45,308 nt of DNA from NCBI GenBank assembly GCA_944368945.1, contig CALVXH010000003.1, forward strand, positions 1-45,308, in the 5' to 3' direction. Position 1 is the stretch's first letter. Every line of letters starts with the position of its first letter. Source of the DNA: an uncultured Bacilli bacterium (GTDB lineage: Bacteria > Bacillota_I > Bacilli_A > RFN20 > CAG-826). Shown piece after piece: positions 18,970 to 27,829 of this stretch. A program made the translations under genes and the position numbers. The notes under the pieces are model-generated. The model was not told where the DNA came from. It made no database searches and saw nothing but the letters and a program-made list of their open reading frames with translations.

Positions 18970-18998
18970 AAACTGCTTCAATTTTGAAGCAGTTTTTT
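18970..18998 (+). terminator. Intrinsic terminator after the lipoprotein pair
   Basis: AAACTGCTTCAA-tt-TTGAAGCAGTTT plus T-tract. Confidence 0.8.
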
Positions 18999-19014
18999 AA
19001 AAGGAGATATAAAT

Positions 19015-19437
19015 ATGGATTTTGATACAAATTGTATATTTTGTAAGATAGCTAACAAGGTTATCCCTTCTACTATTATTTATGAGGATGAAGATGTTTT
19101 AGCTTTTTTGGATGTCAATCCTGTTACCTATGGTCACACATTAGTTATTCCAAAAAAACACTATGAATCATTTTTATCATGCCCTAAAGACGTTTTACAT
19201 AAAGCATTTGACCTTGCTCAAAGAATTGGTCAAGTTCAAATAAAACAACTTGGCGCAAAAGGTGTTAATATTTTGACAAATTGTTTTGAAGCTGCAGGAC
19301 AATCAATACCTCATTTCCATATCCATGTAATTCCTAGATATGAAGCTAATGATGGCTTTAAACTAGAAATGAAAGAATTGAAAAATGTTAATTTACCTGT
19401 ATTAGCTGCAGAATTAAAAGAAAGTTTAAATAAATAG
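19015..19437 (+). CDS. hit: HIT family nucleotide hydrolase (HinT/Hit)
   Basis: CIFCKI, GHTLVIPKKH, AGQSIPHFHIHVIPR histidine triad; AAGGAG RBS. Confidence 0.95.
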   Translation: MDFDTNCIFCKIANKVIPSTIIYEDEDVLAFLDVNPVTYGHTLVIPKKHYESFLSCPKDVLHKAFDLAQRIGQVQIKQLGAKGVNILTNCFEAAGQSIPHFHIHVIPRYEANDGFKLEMKELKNVNLPVLAAELKESLNK

Positions 19438-19440
19438 TAT

Positions 19441-19492
19441 CAAAAAAGAATCGACTCAATCGAATAAATTCGAGAAATCGATTCTTTTTTTG
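19441..19492. terminator. Bidirectional terminator between hit and yhaM
   Basis: AAAAAAGAATCGA...TCGATTCTTTTTT. Confidence 0.8.
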
Positions 19493-19497
19493 TCATT

Positions 19498-20433
19498 TTA
19501 TAAACTTCCATTAAAGAAACTTCTATTGTCTAATCCAAACACTCTTTCAGAATAATCGTTTTCTTTAGTAGTTTCAAAAGCTTTTTCTAACATAACCATC
19601 TTAGCATCCATATCATCAATCATCGAAAGAAGTAAAGCTTCTCTAGTTAAAGGCAAAACTGGAGAACCATATTCTAACTTACCATGATGTGATAATAACA
19701 TATGTTCTAACAATAATGGTGCATTTCCTTCTATATGCAGTTTATCAGCAGCTTCTTTAACAATAGTCATTCCAATTACTAAATGGCCTAATAAGTTACC
19801 TTCATTAGTATATTTAGTTGCTTCAGTCCCACTTAATTCAACTACTTTTCCTATGTCATGAAGTAAGCATCCACTTATTAATAAATCTCTATTAACTGAT
19901 GTATATATTTTGCACACGCTATCAGCTACCTTACACATTGTTACTGTATGGAATAGTAAACCATTTATAAATTCATGATGATTTCTAACTGCTGCAGGAT
20001 AATCAACAAATTTATCTCCGTATTTTTTAAATACTTCATTTACAATTGCTTTTAAAGATTCATTTTCAATGCTTGAAACGAAACTATGAAATTCTTCTAC
20101 TAATGTTTCTTTATCAACTGGAGCATGTCTATCAAAATCTTTAGGATCTTTGTTGGACTTTTCTACTCTCTTTATAGTAATTTGATGCTTATTTTGATAG
20201 AGACGAAGCTCACCTTTTATTTTTACAACATTTCCTACTTTAAATAAGTTTTTTTCAGAATTCTCATCATAATCCCGTTTATAGCCTTCAATATCTAAAG
20301 AGCCATCTGTTAAAATAACTTTCAAATATTTTGATGCTGGATTTGTTCTAGATTGTTTTGGATCATCCATTGATTTAATCTTAAAATCGCTTTCAAATTC
20401 CTTTGTATTATTCATTATTAGATCTTTAATCAT
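19498..20433 (-). CDS. yhaM: 3'-5' exoribonuclease YhaM/Cbf1 (OB-fold plus HD)
   Basis: YPAAVRNHH, GLLFHT, LLHDIGK, GNLLGHL, SHHGKLEYGSP, IDDMDAK. Confidence 0.93.
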   Translation of the reverse strand: MIKDLIMNNTKEFESDFKIKSMDDPKQSRTNPASKYLKVILTDGSLDIEGYKRDYDENSEKNLFKVGNVVKIKGELRLYQNKHQITIKRVEKSNKDPKDFDRHAPVDKETLVEEFHSFVSSIENESLKAIVNEVFKKYGDKFVDYPAAVRNHHEFINGLLFHTVTMCKVADSVCKIYTSVNRDLLISGCLLHDIGKVVELSGTEATKYTNEGNLLGHLVIGMTIVKEAADKLHIEGNAPLLLEHMLLSHHGKLEYGSPVLPLTREALLLSMIDDMDAKMVMLEKAFETTKENDYSERVFGLDNRSFFNGSL

Positions 20434-21232
20434 CAAGTTTACCTTCCTTATCTAAACTCATAGCATGATGAATCATTGATAAAGAATAACCTTTATCAAT
20501 TAGTTTATTCACTATCTTGCTATATTTATCAATACCATTAGTACTCTTTGTCAAAACTTTATTTTTTATCTTTTTATAATCCTTAATTAATTCTTTTTGC
20601 TCTTTATCTACATCAATTTTTAGATTATCTAACACATTCAAAATTGCATCAACAGAAAATCCTCTTTCAAGCATTGCATCATAAATTTTTCTTTTTTGCT
20701 TTGCAAAAGTAAAACGAAGAAATTTATTTTTTATGCTTTCAAAATACTCTTTCGCTTTTAAAGCTTCTTTATTGTCGTCAAAAGTGATCTTTCTAATAGC
20801 AGTTTCCGTTACACCATGGCTTTTACAAAAATTTAAAATGTAATACTTACCATAAAGATTTTCATCAAAATAAGTTAGATAATTTTTTAAAAAAACTTCA
20901 TCATCTAAAATATTAGATTTTTTTAACTCTTTCAATGCTAATCTTAACTCTTTTGGACAAGCAAATTTCTTATTAATGAGTTTAATTAAATCACGTTCAC
21001 TATAAGGTTTTTTAGAGGCTAAAGATTTTGCATAACTTAAAATTTCTTCCTTTTTTTCAAAACTAGCAATCTCATAAGCTAAGCTTTCGCTAATAACATC
21101 TCCAACCTTTAAATCAAATTTATTAAATGTTGAACTATGTAATTTAACTTTTGCAAAAGGAAACTCAACAATATATTTATTACCTTTTTGTTTTATGGAT
21201 AATATCTTTCTACCAGTATCTTCTAATTGCAC
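20426..21232 (-). CDS. recX: RecX family regulator (divergent)
   Basis: 'KPYSERDL', 'NILDDEVF', 'YGKYYI', 'MLERGFS', 'LIDKGYS' helical repeats; about 270 aa as in Firmicutes RecX. Confidence 0.7.
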   Translation of the reverse strand: MQLEDTGRKILSIKQKGNKYIVEFPFAKVKLHSSTFNKFDLKVGDVISESLAYEIASFEKKEEILSYAKSLASKKPYSERDLIKLINKKFACPKELRLALKELKKSNILDDEVFLKNYLTYFDENLYGKYYILNFCKSHGVTETAIRKITFDDNKEALKAKEYFESIKNKFLRFTFAKQKRKIYDAMLERGFSVDAILNVLDNLKIDVDKEQKELIKDYKKIKNKVLTKSTNGIDKYSKIVNKLIDKGYSLSMIHHAMSLDKEGKLDD

Positions 21233-22382
21233 GTTTATATACCTCTATAATATTAATATAAAAACTTTGTTCACTAAAACTATCAATTGATTTAAGAGCA
21301 TTTTCACAAATTGTATTAATTTGTTCTTTATTTAAGTTTAGCACATAAAAAAGTTTGTCAGCAAAATCTAGTTCATCAATAAAGAAAAATCCAGTTTTAT
21401 TATTATCAATAACACCAACTAAGTTATTATCAAATCTGCATAAAACAGGCACACTACTAGCCATTGCTTCCATAAATGTTAAACCTTGAGTTTCACTAAT
21501 AGAAGCATTAACAAATAAATCAGAAATTAAATAGTATTTAAATACCTCTTCATTTGAAACCTTCCCTAAAAATTTAACATTATTACTTAGTTCAAGTTGA
21601 TTAACTAAATCTATTAAATCATTTTTTTCCGGACCATCTCCAACAAAAATCAAAATAGTATTCTGATTAGTATATTTTGTTAAATAATTTTTATAACCTT
21701 TTACAATGATATCAAAACTTTTCTCTTTAGCTAATCTTCCAAGACACAATAGTACTTTTTGTTCATTAGAAATACCTAATTTTTCTCTAAGATCTGCAAC
21801 TTTTTTTAAATTATCATAGCTTCTAGCAAATTTATTAAATTCAAACCCAGTAGGTACAACATTAACATATTTTTCTACACCAATTGATTTAATATAGGTT
21901 AAAGTCTTTTTTGAAGGAGAAATAATTTCTGTTGCTCTATTCATACAAGTTTTATCAAACTCTCTAATAGCCCATTTAGAAAATCTGTCAAAATATCCTT
22001 TTGTAGCATAATAAGTATAATCTTCATACATAGTATGATATGTATAAACAGAAGGAATATGCAAATTACTCGCCACAATAAAACCAAATTGTGATATACC
22101 AAATTCAGTATTAATGTGGACTAAATCAAGATTAAGGCTTTTTAAAATTTTGAATGCTTCTTTATTATAAAAAAATGAAGCCCTATATCCATAAAGCTTT
22201 TTAAGTTCTAATCCAGGAATTCTTAAGATATTGTCTTGAAATGTTACACTTTTATCCTTACTTGTTGTAACAATATAAGCATGATGTCCATTTTTTCTTA
22301 GTAGCATAAATAAAGAGTTAACACTAGTCGCAACTCCATTAATTTCTGGTAAATATGTATCTGAAAAAATAGCTATATTCAT
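21210..22382 (-). CDS. GT4 glycosyltransferase, probable 1,2-diacylglycerol 3-alpha-glucosyltransferase
   Basis: FSDTYLPEINGVATS, YTYHTMYEDY, GRLAKEK, SETQGLTFMEAMA. Confidence 0.88.
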   Translation of the reverse strand: MNIAIFSDTYLPEINGVATSVNSLFMLLRKNGHHAYIVTTSKDKSVTFQDNILRIPGLELKKLYGYRASFFYNKEAFKILKSLNLDLVHINTEFGISQFGFIVASNLHIPSVYTYHTMYEDYTYYATKGYFDRFSKWAIREFDKTCMNRATEIISPSKKTLTYIKSIGVEKYVNVVPTGFEFNKFARSYDNLKKVADLREKLGISNEQKVLLCLGRLAKEKSFDIIVKGYKNYLTKYTNQNTILIFVGDGPEKNDLIDLVNQLELSNNVKFLGKVSNEEVFKYYLISDLFVNASISETQGLTFMEAMASSVPVLCRFDNNLVGVIDNNKTGFFFIDELDFADKLFYVLNLNKEQINTICENALKSIDSFSEQSFYINIIEVYKRAIRRYW

Positions 22383-23992
22383 TCTTCGTCATCATCCCCG
22401 ATTACAATTTTATCTTCATATTCTCTTTTTTCAATATTTTCATTTTGTAAAGTAGATATTTCTCTAGTTTTTTTATTTTTATCATGATGAATAATTTTTT
22501 CCAACATTTGTTTTCTTTCTAAAGCTTTTGTTTCATAAATAGTATCACTAGAGGCTTTTCTTTCTGCGTATGTTTCAAGTTGAATAGTAAGCATCGTTTT
22601 TCTATTACCAACAGGAATAATTCTCTCTTTGACTGAAAGACCCCTACTTTTATAAGTAGCAGCGAAGATGCCATTAATAATAAAAGGAATATAGAATGTC
22701 CCAAATCTCCAAACAAGTAAAATAATATTAAGACCACCGCGTAAATAAAATTCATCACTATAGTAGCCACTTGATTGTCCAAATAAACTTGCAAAAACGA
22801 TTTCACTAATACCAGCACTTCCAGGTAAAGGTATTAATCCAGTTACCATTTGATGGAAATTAGAAAATACAACACAGTCATACATTTTTTGAAATATATT
22901 TATATCATTTAAATTAAAAGCGTTAAGTGCTAAACCACTAAAAAATGGAGCTAACTGATTAATAATTAAATTTACTAGCATTAAGAAAACAATTAATAAT
23001 GTAAATGGGATATTACTTTGTAAACGTCTAAGCTCGATTCTATAGTTTTCAACCTGAATTCTAATATTTTTTCTTTTTTCGTCTGCGTTTTTAATTATTC
23101 TTAGTTTTGCAAAAATATTGACTAAAGTTACTGTAATAAAGTCTAATACTTTTTTTGAATATGACATGAAAAGTAATAAGAAAATAACTAATAAATTTAA
23201 AGCGAAACCGAATATAGCAAAAGCCCATATAGGTATTGAAAAACTAATATCACCAATAGTTATTGGAATAGCACTTAGTGAAAATATTAAATCAAAACTT
23301 GTTATCAAAGAAACCAAGCCAACAAATATTAACACTGATTGACTTATGATAAAACTCATAACAAAAATAGAGGCACTATTACTAACTGGTATACCTTGTT
23401 TTTTAAATGTATAAACTTGGGCAAATTGACCTCCACTAGATCCTGGAGTAATAGCGCTATAAAATGAACCTATCGCATTATTCGCATATGCTTGATGATA
23501 CTTATAATGTCTTGTGTATAATCTTGCGAATAAAAAGATTATTAAGGATGAAAGTAAATAATTGACAAAAACAAAGAAAATAAATAGGAGAAAATACCAT
23601 AAGTTCATTTCTTTAAATACACTTCCAATTGTTTGATAAACATAAATTGGATTGCCATTTTCATCTACCATTCCAGTAACACTTGCTAAGTTATACCATA
23701 ATACAAAAACAGTAATTAATAAAATTAAAAAAAGATAGATGATGTATTTATAATTGTCACTTTTTTTAGCACCACTTATCGATGAAGCAGAACTAGTACT
23801 TTTTTCATTAGTTTTTTCCTCTTCTACATCTTCGCTAATGGATTCTCCTAAATTAATTTCCTTTTCTTCTTTCTCATTAATTTGAATTCCATCTTCGCTT
23901 TGAATTATAGTGTCATTATAAAAATTGTCATCAATTTTTGTCTCTGATGAATTATTTTCATGCAGTTCCTTGTTTTTTTCTTCATTTATCAT
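22379..23992 (-). CDS. Lysylphosphatidylglycerol-synthase TM (flippase-like/YbhN) membrane protein
   Basis: ITPGSSGGQ, IPLPGSAGISE, LLVWRFGTFY motifs; adjacent to a glycolipid GT. Confidence 0.85.
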   Translation of the reverse strand: MINEEKNKELHENNSSETKIDDNFYNDTIIQSEDGIQINEKEEKEINLGESISEDVEEEKTNEKSTSSASSISGAKKSDNYKYIIYLFLILLITVFVLWYNLASVTGMVDENGNPIYVYQTIGSVFKEMNLWYFLLFIFFVFVNYLLSSLIIFLFARLYTRHYKYHQAYANNAIGSFYSAITPGSSGGQFAQVYTFKKQGIPVSNSASIFVMSFIISQSVLIFVGLVSLITSFDLIFSLSAIPITIGDISFSIPIWAFAIFGFALNLLVIFLLLFMSYSKKVLDFITVTLVNIFAKLRIIKNADEKRKNIRIQVENYRIELRRLQSNIPFTLLIVFLMLVNLIINQLAPFFSGLALNAFNLNDINIFQKMYDCVVFSNFHQMVTGLIPLPGSAGISEIVFASLFGQSSGYYSDEFYLRGGLNIILLVWRFGTFYIPFIINGIFAATYKSRGLSVKERIIPVGNRKTMLTIQLETYAERKASSDTIYETKALERKQMLEKIIHHDKNKKTREISTLQNENIEKREYEDKIVIGDDDEE

Positions 23993-24026
23993 AATTCGAC
24001 ATCCATTTAAATTTTATCAAATAGAA

Positions 24027-24054
24027 TTGCAAAAAACTATATTAAAAGTATAAT
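24027..24054 (+). promoter_or_regulatory. Putative sigma-A promoter giving a leaderless ABC transporter mRNA
   Basis: TTGCAA-16 nt-TATAAT, ATG 7 nt downstream, no SD. Confidence 0.6.
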
Positions 24055-24061
24055 TTTCTAT

Positions 24062-25888
24062 ATGAAGAGATATTTTAAGATGTTACATATAATGACAGAA
24101 GGATGTAGGTTTTTATACTACTTTTATTTTGTATTAATGTTTTTTTCTGTTTTATTCTCTATAACTTCAACTTATATAACAAAAATATTAATTGATATTT
24201 TACAAACTCAAGACTATTTAGGAGGTATTGGAATTCCGATTGAAAGCATTTCTGAATTAGGGACTGATTCCAATTTTTTAAGTGTCTTTTTTATTAATTT
24301 ATTTGGCGGAATTAAATTTTTAAGTAGTAATATATGGTTTTTTGCAATTTTAATAATTGGTTTTGCTTTATTAGCAGCCATCGTTTCTGCAATTAGATTT
24401 TTATTCAGAACTAAATTTATGAATACAATGAGTAAAAATCTTCAAATGCTATTATTTAATCACATTGAACGTCTTCCTTATTCGACAATTAAAAGTATGA
24501 AAAATGGTGATATTATCCAAACATGTACTCGTGATGAAGATATTCTAAAAAGATTTGCTGGATTTGATACTTCAATGATTATGTATACTTTCTTTATTGT
24601 TAGTATTTCATTTATATTTTTATGCATTACAAATTATCAGATTGCTTTAATTAGTATGGTCTTAATGCCATTCATGTTTATATATTCTTTCTTTGTAATC
24701 AAAGAAGTCAGAAGAAGATATAGAAAGACAGATGACAGCGAAGGTGAAATGACTTCAAAAATTGAAGAAAATTTAGCGAGTGTTAGACTTGTTAAAGCTT
24801 TTAATAATGAAGAATATGAAATTCATGATTTTGAAAGATACATTAATGACTACAAAGGTAAATATATGAGATGGGGAAAATTAAGAGCCTTCTTCTTTTC
24901 AAGTAGTGATATATTAGTTTTTGGACAAATAGCTATAACAACAATTTTTGGCTTTGTTTTATGCTTTAATGGCTCAATTGGCGTTGGAACATTATATATG
25001 AGTTTTACATTTGTAAACCTAATGGTATGGCCAATCAGAGATGTCGCTACTGTTTTAAGCAATTTGGCTAGAGCAAATGCTAGTTTAGATAGAATTAACT
25101 TAATACTAAATGAGCCTTTAGAAGATGTCGAGACCGGCGTAACGCCTTCAATAACTGGTGATATAAAATTTGAAAATGTATCATTTAATTATCCTGATGG
25201 TACGGAAGATGTATTAAAAAATGTCTCTTTTAATGTTAAAAAAGGTCAAACAGTTGCGATTATGGGTAAAACTGGAAGTGGTAAATCCACTTTAGCTTAT
25301 TTATTAACTAGATTATATGACGCAACTAGTGGAAATATTTATATTGATGGCATAGACATTAATAAGATTCAAAAGCACTATCTAAGACAACATATCTCAA
25401 TTGTTTTACAAGACCCCTTCTTATTCTCAAAAACAATCAAAGATAATGTCTTAATTGCTAATCAAAAAGCAAAATATGAAGATATGATTGAAGCAACTTC
25501 TATTTGCCAAATTCATAAATCTATTATTAATTTTCCTAAAGGCTATGACACAGCTGTAGGAGAAAAAGGAACTACTTTAAGTGGAGGTCAAAAGCAAAGA
25601 GTTGCTATTGCTAGAACACTAGTCTTGAAATCACCAGTTTTAGTTTTTGATGATTCATTATCAGCTGTTGATACAGAAACAGATTTTAATATTAGAAAAT
25701 CAATGAAAGAAAGAAAAGAAAAATGCACTACCTTTCTAATTACACATAGAATTGCTACAGCAAAAGATGCTGATTTAATTATCGTTTTAGAAAACGGAAT
25801 GATTTCTCAAATGGGCAAACATGATGATTTAATAAAACAAGAAGGCTTGTATAAAAGAATTTATGATATTCAAACAAAGATGGTATAA
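24062..25888 (+). CDS. ABC exporter, fused permease/ATPase, heterodimer subunit 1
   Basis: 6 TM plus GKTGSGKS, LSGGQ, non-canonical Walker B VFDD. Confidence 0.93.
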   Translation: MKRYFKMLHIMTEGCRFLYYFYFVLMFFSVLFSITSTYITKILIDILQTQDYLGGIGIPIESISELGTDSNFLSVFFINLFGGIKFLSSNIWFFAILIIGFALLAAIVSAIRFLFRTKFMNTMSKNLQMLLFNHIERLPYSTIKSMKNGDIIQTCTRDEDILKRFAGFDTSMIMYTFFIVSISFIFLCITNYQIALISMVLMPFMFIYSFFVIKEVRRRYRKTDDSEGEMTSKIEENLASVRLVKAFNNEEYEIHDFERYINDYKGKYMRWGKLRAFFFSSSDILVFGQIAITTIFGFVLCFNGSIGVGTLYMSFTFVNLMVWPIRDVATVLSNLARANASLDRINLILNEPLEDVETGVTPSITGDIKFENVSFNYPDGTEDVLKNVSFNVKKGQTVAIMGKTGSGKSTLAYLLTRLYDATSGNIYIDGIDINKIQKHYLRQHISIVLQDPFLFSKTIKDNVLIANQKAKYEDMIEATSICQIHKSIINFPKGYDTAVGEKGTTLSGGQKQRVAIARTLVLKSPVLVFDDSLSAVDTETDFNIRKSMKERKEKCTTFLITHRIATAKDADLIIVLENGMISQMGKHDDLIKQEGLYKRIYDIQTKMV

Positions 25889-25891
25889 ATT

Positions 25892-27829
25892 ATGGCGAAA
25901 AGGGTTTTTGAAGAAGAATCAATTACAAATAAAATTAATATAGGTATATGGTCAAAAGCTTTTAAATATGTCTTACCAAAATGGCCATTATTAATTTTGA
26001 TATTGTTTACAATGTCATTTACATCTTTTTATGATGCTAGTTTTATTCCTAGTATGAGCGCTGGATTGATTAATGCTTTTAGTGAATCCACTTTTTATCC
26101 GAATGAAGACATACTAACTTGTATACTCAATGTCAAAATTTTAGGAATTCAATTATCTATAACTTTCTTACAATACATAATTTTATATATAGTTATGATT
26201 ATTTTAAGAAGTATAGCCATCTTCGGAACATTCTTTTTAACTAATTTTTTTGAAATGACTATTATGACTGGCCTAAGAAAAGACGCTTTTAAAAAGATCC
26301 AAGAATTAAGCTTTTCATATTTTGATAAAACGCCTAGTGGGTGGTTAATTGCTAGGCTTCAAAACGATGCAGCTAGTATCGGAGATGTAATTTCTAACTC
26401 AGTTTTGCGTATTTTTTGGATAGTTTGCGAACTTTTATTCACTTTAATAACAATGTTTAGTTATGAATGGAGACTATCTTTAATAATTCTTGCAACCACT
26501 CCTTTAATCTTTGTTATTGTTTTATTCTTCGAAAGACAAATTCTTAAATTCTTTAGAATCGCTAGAAACGCATATAGTGAATTTGTACGTTGGCTTGCAG
26601 AATCTATTAACGGAAATAAAACAATTAAAACTCTTGCTATTGAAAATACAATTTATGATGAATGCGATGAAATAACTGAAGATGTAAAAAAGAAAAGAAT
26701 TAAAGCAGGATATGTTAGCGCATTATTTCAACCTTCAATTAATATTTTAAGTGCATTAACAACTGCCTTAGTTATTTTAGTATTTCCTATTATTGGTATA
26801 AGTAATGAAACGACAAGCATGGTCGCTTTAATTGTTTTATTTATTGGCTTCGTTGGAAGTGTTTATAATCCTATTCAATCATTGGCAGAAATCTTTAGTG
26901 ATTTAATGGGCACACAAGCTAGTGTAGAAAAAATATTCTTATTAATTGATAAAGAACCTGATTTAGTGGATACACCTGAAGTAATAGAAAAATATGGTTC
27001 AATATTTGATAATAAAAAAGAAAATTTTGAAGAGCTTAAAGGCGATATAAAATTTGAACATGTTTCATTTTCATATAAAGAAGATTTAGAAGTCATTCAT
27101 GATTTAAATATTGCTATTAAAGCTGGAACTAGTTTAGCGATAGTCGGTGAAACAGGAAGTGGAAAATCCACTACTGTAAATTTATTATGTAGATTCTATG
27201 AACCTACAAAAGGAAAAATTCTTATAGATGGCGTAGATTATAAATCAAGAAGCGTTGGTTGGCTTAGAAGTAATATAGGCTATGTGCAACAAACTCCTTT
27301 TATATTTAAAGGAACTGTTAAGGATAACATTAGATATGGTAAACATGATGCTACAGATGAAGAAATAATCAAAGCATGCAAGATTGTTGACATTGATGAA
27401 TTTATTATGAGTTTAAAAAATGGATATGATACTTACTTAGAGGATGGGGGTAATGAATTAAGTCAAGGGCAAAAACAACTCATATCCTTTGCTAGAGCAA
27501 TCATAAGAAATCCTAAAATCTTAATTTTAGATGAAGCAACTTCTTCAATCGACACAGAAACAGAACATACAATTCAATCTGCAATCAATAAAATTTTAAA
27601 AGGTAGAACTTCGATTATGATTGCACATAGGCTTTCTACAATCATCAATTGCGATAGAATTTTAGTTATGAAAGACGGCAAGGTCATTGAAGATGGCAAT
27701 CATAAAGAATTAATGGAACTAAAAGGTTATTATTACACTTTATATATGAACCAATTTAAAGAATTGGATATCGAAAATCAAATATCTACTTATGAAACTC
27801 AAATAGAGGCAAAGAATATTATTTTATAG
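25892..27829 (+). CDS. ABC exporter, fused permease/ATPase, heterodimer subunit 2
   Basis: 6 TM plus GETGSGKS, LSQGQ, ILDEATS, IAHRL. Confidence 0.93.
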   Translation: MAKRVFEEESITNKINIGIWSKAFKYVLPKWPLLILILFTMSFTSFYDASFIPSMSAGLINAFSESTFYPNEDILTCILNVKILGIQLSITFLQYIILYIVMIILRSIAIFGTFFLTNFFEMTIMTGLRKDAFKKIQELSFSYFDKTPSGWLIARLQNDAASIGDVISNSVLRIFWIVCELLFTLITMFSYEWRLSLIILATTPLIFVIVLFFERQILKFFRIARNAYSEFVRWLAESINGNKTIKTLAIENTIYDECDEITEDVKKKRIKAGYVSALFQPSINILSALTTALVILVFPIIGISNETTSMVALIVLFIGFVGSVYNPIQSLAEIFSDLMGTQASVEKIFLLIDKEPDLVDTPEVIEKYGSIFDNKKENFEELKGDIKFEHVSFSYKEDLEVIHDLNIAIKAGTSLAIVGETGSGKSTTVNLLCRFYEPTKGKILIDGVDYKSRSVGWLRSNIGYVQQTPFIFKGTVKDNIRYGKHDATDEEIIKACKIVDIDEFIMSLKNGYDTYLEDGGNELSQGQKQLISFARAIIRNPKILILDEATSSIDTETEHTIQSAINKILKGRTSIMIAHRLSTIINCDRILVMKDGKVIEDGNHKELMELKGYYYTLYMNQFKELDIENQISTYETQIEAKNIIL

